DNA from: Paragordius varius
Taxonomy: Eukaryota; Animalia; Nematomorpha
Reading direction: 5' to 3'
Assembly: GCA_964247055.1 (NCBI GenBank)
Contig: OZ176050.1
Span: 1,798,001 to 1,862,000, forward strand
DNA length: 64,000 bases
This document shows positions 14,051 to 29,000 of the stretch, piece by piece; the stretch's first letter is position 1, and each line of letters begins with the position of its first letter. The notes beneath the pieces were generated by a model. That model did not search any database and was not told where the DNA came from. It saw only the letters and a list, made by a program, of their open reading frames with translations. The position numbers and the translations under genes are program-made.

Positions 14051-17000
14051 TATAAAACTAATCGCATCAATACTCAAGTTAAACTTTGTCCTTAAAAATC
14101 GAAAATTGGTCACCGGTGAACAAAACTATTTTTTATACATTCTCTTAGTAAGACTACACTAAAATATAGAAATAGTTTGACAAACTCTTTCATTTCCGAT
14201 TTTTACAACGATACTTTAAAAAATAATGTATAAAACTAGTCGCATCAATACTCAAGTTGAACTTGGTCCTCGAAAATCGGATATTGGTCGCCGGTAAAGA
14301 AAATTATTTTTTATACATTCTCTTAGTAAGACTACATCAAAATATAGAGATAGTTTCACAAAATCTTTCGTATTCGATTTTTACAACGATACTTTAAAAA
14401 TTAATGTATTAAACTAGTCGCGTCAATACTCAAGTTAAACTATCGGATTTTGGTGACCGGTGAACAAAATTATTTTTTATACATTCTCTTAGTAAGACTA
14501 CATCAAAATATAGAGATAGTTTGACAAACTCTTTCTTATCCGATTTTTACAACGATACTTTAAAAATTAATGTATAAAACTAGTCATATCAATACTCAAG
14601 TTAAACTTTGTCCTTAAAAATCGGATATTGGTCACCGGTGAACAAAACTAATTTTATACATTCTCTTAGTAAGACTACATTAAAATATAGAGAGAGTTTG
14701 ACAAACTCTTTCATATCCGATTTTTACAACGATACTTTAAAATTAATGTATAAAACTATCGTATCAATACTCAAGTTAAACTTTGTCCTTAATCGGATAT
14801 TTATCCCCGGTGAACAAATCTATTTTTTATACATTTTCTTAGTAAGACTACATCAAAATATAGAGATAGTTTGACAAACTCTTTAATATCTGATTTTTAC
14901 AGCGATACTTTCAAAATTAATGTATAATTGCATACGACAATATGCAATTTAAACTTTGTCCTTAAAAATCGGATATTGGTCGCCGGTAAAGAAAATAATT
15001 TTTTATACATTATCTTAGTATGACTACATCAAAATATAGAGATAGTTTGGCAAACTCTTTCATATCCGATTTTTACAACGATACTTTAAAAATTAATGTG
15101 TAAAACTAGTCGCATCAATACTCAAGTTAAACTTTGTCCTTAATCGGATATTGGTCCCCGGTGAACAAAACTATTTTATATACATTCTCTTAGTAAGACT
15201 ACATCAAAATATAGAGATAGTTTGACAAACTCTTTCATATGCGATTTTTACAACGATACTTTAAAAAAGAATGTATAAAACAAGTCGCATCAATACTCAA
15301 GTTAAACTTTGTCCATATCGGATTTTGGTGACCGGCAAACAAAATTATTTTTTATACATTCTCTTAGTAAGACTACATCAAAATATAGAGATAGTTTGAC
15401 AAACTCTTTCATATCCGATTTTTACAACGATACTTTAAAAATTAATGTATAAAACTAGTCGCATCAATACTCAAGTTAAACTTTGTCCTTAATCGGATAT
15501 TGGTCCCCGGTGAACAAAACTATTTTTTATACATTTTCTCAGTAAGACTACATCAAAATATAGAGATAGTTTGACAAACTCTTTCATATCCGATTTTTAC
15601 AACGATACTTTAAAAATTAATGTATAAAACTAGTCGCATCAATACTCAAGTTAAACTTTGTCCTTAATCGGATATTGGTCCCCGGTGAACAAAACTATTT
15701 TTTATACATTTTCTCAGTAAGACTACATCAAAATATAGAGATAGTTTGACAAACTCTTTAATATCTGATTTTTACAGCGATACTTTCAAAATTAATGTAT
15801 AATTGCATACGACAATATGCAATTGAAACTTTGTCCTTAAAAATCGGATATTGGTCGCCGGTAAAGAAATTATATTTTTTATACATTTTCTTTAAAGACT
15901 ACATCAAAATATAGAGATAGTTTGACAAACTCTTTAATATCTGATTTTTACAGCGATACTTTCAAAATTAATGTATAATTGCATACGACAATATGCAATT
16001 TAAACTTTGTCCTTAAAAATCGATTTTGGTGACCGCTGAACAAAATTATTTTTTATACATTCTCTTAGTTAGACTACATCAAAATATAGAGATAGTTTGA
16101 CAAACTCTTTAATATCTGATTTTTAAAGCGATACTTTCAAAATTAATGTATAAAACTAGTCGTATCAATACTCAAGTTAAACTTTGTCCTTAAAAATCGG
16201 ATATTGGTCACCGGTAAACAAAACTATCTTTATACATTCTCTTAGTAAGACTACATTAAAATATAGAGATAGTTTGACACACTCTTTCATATCCGATTTT
16301 TACAACGATACTTTAAAAATTAATGTATAAAACTAATCGCATCAATACTCAAGTTAAACTTTGTCCTTAAAAATCGGATATTGGTCACCGGTGATCAAAA
16401 TTATTTTTTATACATTCTCTTAGTAAGACTACATCAAAATATAGAGATAGTTTGACAAACTCTTTCATATCCGATTTTTACAACGATACTTTAAAAATTA
16501 ATGTATAAAACTAATCGCATCAATACTCAAGTTAAACTTTGTCCTTAAAAATCGGATATTGGTCACCGGTGAATAAAACTATTTTTTATACATTTTCTTA
16601 GTAAGACTACATCAAAATATAGAGATTGTTTGACAAACTCTTTAATATTTGATTTTTACAGCGATACTTTCAAAATTAATGTATAATTGCATACGACAAT
16701 ATGCAATTAAAACTTTGTCCTTAAAAATCGGATATTGGTCACCGGTGATCAAAATTATTTTTTATACATTCTCTTAGTAAGACTACATCAAAATATAGAG
16801 ATAGTTTGACAAACTCTTTCATATCCGATTTTTACAACGATACTTTAAAAATTAATGTATAAAACTAGTCGTATCAATACTCAAGTTAAACTTTGTCCTT
16901 AAAAATCGGATATTGGTCACCGGTGAACAAAACTAATTTTATACATTCTCTTAGTAAGACTACATTAAAATATAGAGATAGTTTGACAACCTCTTTCATA

Positions 17001-20000
17001 TCCGATTTTTACAACGATACTTTAAAAATTAATGTATAAAACTATCGTATCAATACTCAAGTTAAACTTTGTCCTTAATCGGATATTTATCCCCGGTGAA
17101 CAAAACTATTTTTTATACATTTTCTTAGTAAGACTACATCAAAATATAGAGATAGTTTGACAAACTCTTTAATATCTGATTTTTACAGCGATACTTTCAA
17201 AATTAATGTATAATTGCATACGACAATATGCAATTTAAACTTTGTCCTTAAAAATCGGATATTGGTCGCCGGTAAAGAAAATAATTTTTTATACATTATC
17301 TTAGTATGACTACATCAAAATATAGAGATAGTTTGGCAAACTCTTTCATATCCGATTTTTACAACGATACTTTAAAAATTAATGTGTAAAACTAGTCGCA
17401 TCAATACTCAAGTTAAACTTTGTCCTTAATCGGATATTGGTCTATGGTGAACAAAACTATTTTTTATACATTCTTTTAGTAAGACTTCATCAAAATATAG
17501 AGATAGTTTGACAAACTCTTTCATATGCGATTTTTACAACGATACTTTAAAAAATAATGTATAAAACAAGTCGCATCAATACTCAAGTTAAACTTTGTCC
17601 TTATCGGATTTTGGTGACCGGTAAACAAAATTATTTTTTATACATTCTCTTAGTAAGACTACATCAAAATATAGAGATAGTTTTACAAACTCTTTCATAT
17701 CCGATTTTTACAACGATACTTTAAAAATTAATGTATAAAACTAGTCGCATCAATACTCAAGTTAAACTTTGTCCTTAATCTGATATTGGTCCCCGGTGAA
17801 CAAAACTATTTTTTATACATTTTCTTAGTAAGACTACATCAAAATATAGAGATAGTTTGACAAATCTTTAATATCTGATTTTTACAGCGATACTTTCAAA
17901 ATTAATGTATAATTGCATACGACAATATGCAATTTAAACTTTGTCCTTAATCGGATATTGGTCTACGGTGAACAAAACTATTTTTTATACATTCTTTTAG
18001 TAAGACTTCATCAAAATATAGAGATAGTTTGACAAACTCTTTCATATGCGATTTTTACAACGATACTTTAAAAAATAATGTATAAAACAAGTCGCATCAA
18101 TACTCAAGTTAAACTTTGTCCTTATCGGATTTTGGTGACCGGTAAACAAAATTATTTTTTATACATTCTCTTAGTAAGACTACATCAAAATATAGAGATA
18201 GTTTTACAAACTCTTTCATATCCGATTTTTACAACGATACTTTAAAAATTAATGTATAAAACTAGTCGCATCAATACTCAAGTTAAACTTTGTCCTTAAT
18301 CTGATATTGGTCCCCGGTGAACAAAACTATTTTTTATACATTTTCTTAGTAAGACTACATCAAAACATAGAGATAGTTTGACAAACTCTTTCATATCCGA
18401 TTTTTACAATACTTTAAAAATTAATGTATAAAACTAGTCCCATCAATACTCAAGTTAAACTTTGTCCTTAAAAATCGGATATTGGTCACCGGTGAACAAA
18501 GTTATTTTTTATACATTCTCTTAGTAAGACTACATTTCAAATATAGAGATAGTTTGACAAACTCTTTCATATCCGATTTTTACAATACTTTAAAAATTAA
18601 TGTATAAAACTAGTCGCATCAATACTCAAGTTTAACTTTGTCCTTAAAAATCGAATATTGGTCACCGGTGAACAAAACTATTTTTTATACATTATCTTAG
18701 TAAGACTACACTTAAATATAGAGATAGTTTGACAAACTCTTTCATATCCGATTTTTACAACGATACTTTAAAAAATAATGTATAAAACTAGTATCATCAA
18801 TACTCAAGCTAAACTTGGTCCTCAAAAATCGGATATTGGTCGCCGGTATTATTTTTTATACATTCTCTTAGTAAGACTACATCAAAATATAGAGATAGTT
18901 TGACAAAATCTTTCATATCCGATTTTTACAACGATACTTTAAAAATTAATGTATTAACTAGTCGCATCAATACTCAAGTTAAACTTTGTCCTTTTACGGA
19001 TTTCGGTGACCGGTGAACAAAATTATTTTTAATACATTCTCTTAATAAGACAACATCAAAATATAGAGATAGTTTGACAAACTCTTTCATATCCGATTTT
19101 TACAACGATACTTTAAAAATTAATGTATAAAACTAGTCGCATCAATACTCAAGTTAAACTTTGTCCTAAAAAATCGGATATTGGTCACCGGTGAACAAAA
19201 CTAATTTTATACATTCTCTTAGTAAGACTACATTAAAATATAGAGATAGTTTGACAAACTCTTTCATATCCGATTTTTACAACGATACTTTTGAAATTAA
19301 TGTATAAAACTAGTCGCATCAATACTCAAAAACTTTGTACATAATCGGATATTAGTCCCCGGTGAACAAAACTATTTTTTATACATTTTCTTATAGGACT
19401 ACATCAAAATATAGAGATAGTTTGACAAACTTTTTAATATCTGATTTTTAAGCGATACTTTCAAAATTAATGCATAAAACTAATCGCATCAATACTCAAG
19501 TTAAACTTTGTCCTTAAAAATCGGATATTGGTCACCGGTGAACAAAACTATTTTTTATACATTCTCTTAGTAAGACTACATCAAAATATAGAGATAGTTA
19601 GACAAACTTTTTAATATCTGATTTTTACAGCGATACTTTCAAAATTAATGTATAATTTAGCATACGACAATAAGCAACTTAAACTTTGTCTTTAAAAATC
19701 GGATATTGGTCGCCGGTAGTTTTATACATTCTCTTAGTATGACTACATCAAAATATAGAGATAGTTTGACAAACTCTTTCATATCCGATTTTTACAACGA
19801 TACTCTAAAAATTAATGTATAAAACTAGTCGTATCAATACTCAAGTTAAACTTTGTCCTTAAAAATCGGATATTGGTCACCGGTGAACAAATTATTTTTT
19901 ATACATTCTCTTAGTTAGACTACATCAAAATATAGAGATAGTTTGACAAACTCTTTCATATACGATTTTTACAATGATACTCTAAAAATTAATGTATAAA

Positions 20001-23000
20001 ACTAATCGCATCAATACTCAAGTTAAACTTTGTCCTTAATCTGATATTGGTCCCCGGTGAACAAAACTATTTTTTATACATTTTCTTAGTAAGACTACAT
20101 CAAAATATAGAGATAGTTTGACAAACTCTTTAATATCTGATTTTTACAGCGATACTTTCAAAATTAATGTATAATTGCATACGACAATATGCAATTTAAA
20201 CTTTGTCCTTAAAAATCGATTTTGGTGACCGCTGAACAAAATTATTTTTTATACATTCTCTTAGTAAGACTACATCAAAATATAGAGATAGTTTGACAAA
20301 CTCTTTCATATCCGATTTTTACTACGATACTTTAAAAATTAATGTATAAAACTAGTCGTATCAATACTCAAGTTAAACTTTGTCCTTAAAAATCGGATAT
20401 TGGTCACCGGTGAACTTAACTAACTTTATACATTCTCTTTGTAAGACTTAATTAAAACATAGAGATAGTTTGACAAACTCTTTCATATCCGATTTTTACA
20501 ATACTTTAAAAATTAATGTATAAAACTAGTCGCATCAATACTCAAGTTAAACTTTGTCCTTAAAAATCGGATATTGGTCACCGGTGAACAAAATTATTTT
20601 TTATACATTCTCTTAGTAAGACTACATTTCAAATATAGAGATAGTTTGACAAACTCTTTCATATCCGATTTTTACAATACTTTAAAAATTAATGTATAAA
20701 ACTAGTCGCATCAATACTCAAGTTAAACTTTGTCCTTAAAAATCGAATATTGGTCACCGGTGAACAAAACTATTTTTTATACATTATCTTAGTAAGACTA
20801 CACTAAAATATAGAGATAGTTTGACAAACTCTTTCATATCCGATTTTTACAACGATACTTTAAAAAATAATGTATAAAACTAGTATCATCAATACTCAAG
20901 TTAAACTTGGTCCTCAAAAATCGGATATTGGTCGCCGGTATTATTTTTTATACATTCTCTTAGTAAGACTACATCAAAATATAGAGATAGTTTGACAAAA
21001 TCTTTCATATCCGATTTTTACAACGATACTTTAAAAATTAATGTATTAAACTAGTCGCATCAATACTCAAGTTAAACTTTGTCCTTATCGGATTTCGGTG
21101 ACCGGTGAACAAAATTATTTTTAATACATTCTCTTAATAAGACTACATCAAAATATAGAGATAGTTTGACAAACTCTTTCATATCCGATTTTTACAACGA
21201 TACTTTAAAAATTAATGTATAAAACTAGTCGCATCAATACTCAAGTTAAACTTTGTCCTAAAAAATCGGATATTGGTCACCGGTGAACAAAACTAATTTT
21301 ATACATTCTCTTAGTAAGACTACATTAAAATATAGAGATAGTTTGACAAACTCTTTCATATCCGATTTTTACAACGATACTTTTGAAATTAATGTATAAA
21401 ACTAGTCGCATCAATACTCAAAAACTTTGTACTTAATCGGATATTAGTCCCCGGTGAACAAAACTATTTTTTATACATTTTCTTAGTAAGACTACATCAA
21501 AATATAGAGATAGTTTGACAAACTTTTTAATATCTGATTTTTAAGCGATACTTTCAAAATTAATGTATAAAACTAATCGCATCAATACTCAAGTTAAACT
21601 TTGTCCTTAAAAATCGGATATTGGTCACCGGTGAACAAAACTATTTTTTATACATTCTCTTAGTAAGACTACATCAAAATATAGAGATAGTTAGACAAAC
21701 TTTTTAATATCTGATTTTTTCAGCGATACTTTCAAAATTAATGTATAATTTAGCATACGACAATAAGCAACTTAAACTTGGTCGTCAAAAATCGGATATT
21801 GGTCACCGGTGAACAAATTATTTTTTATACATTCTCTTAGTAAGAATACACTAAAATATAGAGATAGTTTGACAAATTCTTTCATATCCGATTTTTACAA
21901 CGATACTTTAAAAAATAAAACTAGTCGCATCAATACTCAAGTTAAACTTGGTCGTCAAAAATCGGATATTGGTCGCCGGTAAAGAAAATTATTTTTTATA
22001 CATTCTCTTAGTAAGACTACATCAAAATATAGAGATAGTTTGACAAAATCTTTCGTATTCGATTTTTACAACGATACTTTAAAAATTAATGTATTAAACT
22101 AGTCGCATCAATACTCAAGTTAAACTTTGTCCTTATCGGATTTTGGTGACCGGTGAACAAAATTATTTTTTATACATTCTCTTAGTAAGACTACATCAAA
22201 ATATAGAGATAGTTTGGCAAACTCTTTCATATCCGATTTTTACAACGATACTTTAAAAAATAATGTATAAAACTAGTCGCATCAATACTCAAGTTAAATT
22301 TGGTCGTCAAAAATCGGATATTGGTCACCGGTGAACAAATTATTTTTTATACATTCTCTTAGTAAGAATACACTAAAATATAGAGATAGTTTGACAAATT
22401 CTTTCATATCCGATTTTTACAACGTTACTTTAAAAATTAATGTATAAAACTAGTCGTATCATCACTCAAGTTAAACTTTGTCCTTATCGGATTTTGGTGA
22501 CCGGTAAACAAAATTATTTTTTATACATTCTCTTAGTAAGACTACATCAAAATATAGAGATAGTTTGACAAACTCTTTCATATCCGATTTTTACAACGAT
22601 ACTTTAAAAATTAATGTATAAAACTAGTCGTATCATTACTCAAGTTAAACTTTGTCCTCAAAAATCGGATATTGGTCACCGGTGATCAAAATTATTTTTT
22701 TTTCATTCTCTTAGTAGGACTACATCAAAATATAGAGATAGTTTGGCAAACTCTTTCATATCCGATTTTTACAACGTTACTTTAAAAATTAATGTATAAA
22801 ACTAGTCGTATCATCACTCAAGTTAAACTTTGTCCTTATCGGATTTTGGTGACCGGTGAACAAAATTATTTTTTATACATTCTCTTAGTAAGACTACATC
22901 AAAATATAGAGATAGTTTGACAAACTCTTTCATACCCCGATTTTTACAACGATACTTTAAAAATTAATGTATAAAACTAGTCGTATCATTACTCAAGTTA

Positions 23001-26000
23001 AACTTTGTCCTTAAAAATCGGATATTGGTCACCGGTGAACAAAACTATTTTTTATACATTCTCTTAGTAAGACTACATCAAAATATAGAGATAGTTAGAC
23101 AAACTTTTTAATATCTGATTTTTTCAGCGATACTTTCAAAATTAATGTATAATTTAGCATACGACAATAAGCAACTTAAACTTTGTCTTTAAAAATCGGA
23201 TATTGGTCGCCGGTAGTTTTATACATTCTCTTAGTATGACTACATCAAAATATAGAGATAGTTTGACAAACTCTTTCATATCCGATTTTTACAATGATAC
23301 TCTAAAAATTAATGTATAAAACTAGTCGCATCAATACTCAAGTTAAACTTTGTCCTAAAAAATCGGATATTGGTCACCGGTGAACAAAACTATTTTTTAT
23401 ACATTCTCTTAGTAAGACTACATCAAAATATAGAGATAGTTTGACAAACTCTTTCATATCCGATTTTTACAACGATACTTCAAAAATTAATGTATAATAC
23501 TAATCGCATCAATACTCAAGTTAAACTTTGTCCTTAAAAATCGAATATTGGTCACCGGTGAACAAAATATTTTTTATACATTCTCTTAGTAAGAATACAC
23601 TAAAATATAGAGATAGTTTGACAAATTCTTTCATACCCGATTTTTACAACGATACTTTAAAAAATAATGTATAAAACTAGTCGCATCAATACTCAAGTTA
23701 AACTTGGTCGTCAAAAATCGGATATTGGTCAGTAAGAATACACTAAAATATAGAGATAGTTTGACAAATTCTTTCATATCCGATTTTTACAACGATACTT
23801 TAAAAAATAAAACTAGTCGCATCAATACTCAAGTTAAACTTGGTCGTCAAAAATCGGATATTGGTCGCCGGTAAAGAAAATTATTTTTTATACATTCTCT
23901 TAGTAAGACTACATCAAAATATAGAGATAGTTTGACAAAATCTTTCGTATTCGATTTTTACAACGATACTTTAAAAATTAATGTATTAAACTAGTCGCAT
24001 CAATACTCAAGTTAAACTTTGTCCTTATCGGATTTTGGTGACCGGTGATCAAAATTATTTTTTTTACATTCTCTTAGTAGGACTACATCAAAATATAGAG
24101 ATAGTTTGGCAAACTCTTTCATATCCGATTTTTACAACGTTACTTTAAAAATTAATGTATAAAACTAGTCGTATCATTACTCAAGTTAAACTTTGTCCTT
24201 ATCGGATTTTGGTGACCGGTGAACAAAAATTTTTTATACATTCTCTTAGTAAGATTACATCAAAATATAGAGATAGTTTGACAAACTCTTTCATACCCCG
24301 ATTTTTACAACGATACTTTAAAAATTAATGTATAAAACTAGTCGTATCATTACTCAAGTTAAACTTTGTCCTTAAAAATCGGATATTGGTCACCGGTGAT
24401 CAAAATTATTTTTTTTACATTCTCTTAGTAAGACTACATCAAAATATAGAGATAGTTTGACAAACTCTTTCATATCCGATTTTTACAACGATACTTTAAA
24501 AATTAATGTATAAAACTAATCGCATCAATACTCAAGTTAAACTTTGTCCTTAAAAATCGGATATTGGTCACCGGTGAACAAAACTATTTTTTATACATTC
24601 TCTTAGTAAGACTACATCAAAATATAGATAGTTGGACAAACTTTTTAATATCTGATTTTTTCAGCGATACTTTCAAAATTAATGTATTATTTAGCATACG
24701 ACAATAAGCAACTTAAACTTTGTCTTTAAAAATCGGATATTGGTCGCCGGTAAAGAAAATAATGTTTTATACATTCTCTTAGTATGACTACATCAAAATA
24801 TAGAGATAGTTTGACAAACTCTTTCATATCCGATTTTTACAACGATACTTTAAAAATTAATGTATAAAACTAGTCGTATCAATTTTCAAGTTAAACTTTG
24901 TCCTTAAAAATCGGATATTGGTCACCGGTGAACAAAACTAATTTTATATATTCTCTTAGTAAGACTACATTAAAATATAGAGATAGTTTGACAAACTCTT
25001 TCATATCCGATTTTTACAACGATACTTTATAAATTAATGTATAAAACTAGTCGCATCAATACTCAAGTTAAACTTGGTCCTCAAAAATCGGATATTGGTC
25101 GCCGGTAAAGAAAATTATTTTTTATACATTCTCTTAGTAAGACTACATCAATATATAGAGATAGTTTGACAAAATCTTTCGTATTCGATTTTTACAACGA
25201 TACTTTAAAATTTATGTATTAAACTAGTCGCATCAATACTCAAGTTAAACTTTGTCCTTATCGGATTTTGGTGACCGGTGAACAAAATTATTTTTTATAC
25301 ATTCTCTTAGTAAGACTACATCAAAATATAGAGATAGTTTGACAAACTCTTTCATATCCGATTTTTACAACGATACTTTAAAAATTAATGTATAAAACTA
25401 GTCGTATCAATACTCAAGTTAAACTTTGTCCTTAAAAATCGGATATTGCTCACCGGTGAACAAAACTAATTTTATACATTCTCTTAGTAAGACTACATTA
25501 AAATATAGAGATAGTTTGACAAACTCTTTCATATCCGATTTTTACAACGATACTTAAAAATTAATGTATAAAACTAGTCGCATCAATACTCAAGTTAAAC
25601 TTTGTCCTTAAAAATCGGATATTGGTCACCGGTGAACAAAATTATTTTTTATACATTCTCTTAGTAAGACTACATCAAAATATAGAGATAGTTTGACAAA
25701 CTCTTTCATATCCGATTTTTACAACGATACTTTAAAAATTAATGTATAAAACTAGTCGTATCAATTTTCAAGTTAAACTTTGTCCTTAAAAATCGGATAT
25801 TGGTCACCGGTGAACAAAACTAATTTTATACATTCTCTTAGTAAGACTACATTAAAATATAGAGATAGTTTGACAAACTCTTTCATATCCGATTTTTACA
25901 ACGATACTTTAAAAATTAATGTATAAAACTAGTCGTATCAATACTCAAGTTAAACTTTGTCCTTAAAAATCGGATTTTGGTCACCGGTGAACAAAATTAA

Positions 26001-29000
26001 TTTTTATACATTCTCTTAGTAAGACTACATCAAAATATAGCTATAGTTTGACAAACTCTTTCATATCCGATTTTTACAACGATACTTTAAAAATTAATTT
26101 AAACTAATCGCATCAATACTCAAGTTAAACTTTGTCCTTAAAAATCGGATATTGGTCACCGGTGATCAAAATTATTTTTTATACATTCTCTTAATAAGAC
26201 TACATCAAAATATAGAGATAGTTTTACAATCTCTTTCATATCCGATTTTTACAACGATACTTTAAAAATTAATGTATAAAACTAATCGCATCAACTCAAG
26301 TTAAACTTTCTCCTTAAAAATCGGATTTTGGCCACCGTTGAACAAAATTAATTTTTATACATTCTCTTAGTAAGACTACATCAAAATATAGAGATAGTTT
26401 GACAAACTCTTTAATATCTGATTTCTACAGCGATACTTTAAAAATTTATGTATAATTTAGCATACGACAATAAGCAACTTAAACTTTGTCCTTAAAAATC
26501 GGATATTAGTCCCCGGTGAACAAAACTATTTTTTATACATTTTCTTAGTAAGACTACATCAAAATATAGAGATAGTTTGACAAACTTTTTAATATCTGAT
26601 TTTTAAGCGATACTTTCAAAATTAATGTATAAAACTAATCGCATCAATACTCAAGTTAAACTTTGTCCTTAAAAATCGGATATTGGTCACCGGTGAACAA
26701 AACTATTTTTTATACATTCTCTTAGTAAGACTACATCAAAATATAGAGATAGTTAGACAAACTTTTTAATATCTGATTTTTCCAGCGATACTTTCAAAAT
26801 TAATGTATAATTTAGCATACGACAATAAGCAACTTAAACTTTGTCTTTAAAAATCGGATATTGGTTGCCGGTAGTTTTATACATTCTCTTAGTAAGACTA
26901 CATCAAAATATAGAGATAGTTTGACAAACTCTTTAATATCTGATTTTTACAGCGATACTTTCAAAATTAATGTATAAAACTAGTCGCATCAATACTCAAA
27001 TTAAACTTTGTCCTTAAAATTCGGATATTGGTCACCGGTGAACACAACCATTTTATATACATTCTCTTAGTAAGACTACATCGAAATATAGAGATAGTTT
27101 GACAAACTCTTTCATATCCGATTTTTACAACGATGCTTTAAAAATTAATGTATAAAACTAATCGCATCAATACTCAAGTTAAACTTTGTCCTTAAAAATC
27201 GGATATTTGTCACCGGTGAACAAATTATTTTTTATACATTCTCTTAGTAAGACTACATCAAAATATAGAGATAGTTTGACAAACTCTTTTATATCCGATT
27301 TTTACAACGATACTTTAAAAATTAATGTATAAAACTAGTCGCATCAATACTCAGGTTAAACTTTGTCTTTAAAATTCTGATATTGGTCACCGGTGAACAA
27401 AATTATTTTTTATACATCATCTTAGTAGGACTACATCAAAATATAGAGATAGTTTGACAAACTCTTTCACATCCGATTTTTACAACGATATAAAAATTAA
27501 TGTATAAAACTAGTCGCATAAATACTCAAGTTAAACTTTCTTCTTAAAATTCGATATTGGTCACGAGTGAACAAAAATATTTTTTATACATTCTCTTAGT
27601 AAGACTACATGAAAATATAGAGATAGTTGACAAACTCTTTAATATCTGTTTTTACAGCGATACTTTAAAAATTAATGTTTTAGCATATGACAATAATCAA
27701 GTTAATCTTTGTCCTTAAAAATCGGATATTGGTCACCGGTGAACAAACTATTTTTTATACATTCTCTTAGTAGGACTACATCAAAATATAGAGATAGTTT
27801 GGCAAACTCTTTCATATCCTATTTTTACAACGATACTTTAAAAATTAATGTATAAAACTAATCGCATCAATACTCAAGTTAAACTTTGTCCTTAAAAATC
27901 GGATATTGGTCACCGGTGAACAAATTTTTTATACATCATCTTAGTAGGACTACATCAAAATATTGAGATAGTTTGACAAACTCTTTCATATCCATTTTTA
28001 CAACGATACTTTAAAAATTAATGTATAAAACTAATCGCATCAATACTCAAGTTAAACTTTGTCCTTAATAATCGGATATTGGTCACCGGTGAACAAATTA
28101 TTTTTTATTTCTCTTAGTAAGACTACATCAAAATATAGAGATAGTTTGACAAACTTTTTAATATCTGATTTATACAGCGATACTTTAAAAATTAATGTAT
28201 AAATTAGCATACGACAATAAGTAACTTAAACTTTGTCCTTAAAAATCGGATATTGGTCGCCGGTAAAGAAAATAATGTTTTATACATTCTCTTAGTATGA
28301 CTACATCAAAATATAGAGATAGTTTGACAAACTCTTTCATATCCGATTTTTACAACGATACTTTAAAAATTAAATAAAACTAGTCGCATCAATACTCAAA
28401 TTAAACTTTGTCCTTAAAATTCGGATATTGGTCACCGGTGAACACAACCATTTTTTATACATTCTCTTAGTAAGACTACATCAAAATATAGAGATAGTTT
28501 GACATACTCTTTCATATCCGATTTTTACAACGATACTCTAAAAATTAATGTATAAAACTAGTCGCATCAATACTCAAGTTAAACTTTGTCCTTAAAAATC
28601 GGAAATTGGTCACCGGTGAACAAAACTATTTTTTATACATTCTCTTAGTAAGACTACATCAAAATATAGAGATAGTTTGACAAACTTTTTAATTTCTGAT
28701 TTTTTCAGCGATACTTTCAAAATTAATGTATAATTTAGCATACGACAATAAGCAACTTAAACTTTGTCCTTAAAAATCGGATATTGGTCGCCGGTAAAGA
28801 AAATAATGTTTTATACATTCTCTTAGTATGACTACATCAAAATATAGAGATAGTTTGACAAACTCTTTCATATCCGATTTTTACAACGATACTTAAAAAT
28901 TTAATGTATAAAACTAGTCGCATCAATACTCAAATTAAACTTTGTCCTTAAAATTCGGATATTGATCACCGGTGAACAAAACTATTTTTTATACATTCTC

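Noticed and set aside
2312-14874. ORFs 2312-2524, 9400-9612 and 14608-14874 as genes
   Set aside because: Chance open frames in satellite monomers; the first two are identical only because of the 7088-bp duplication.
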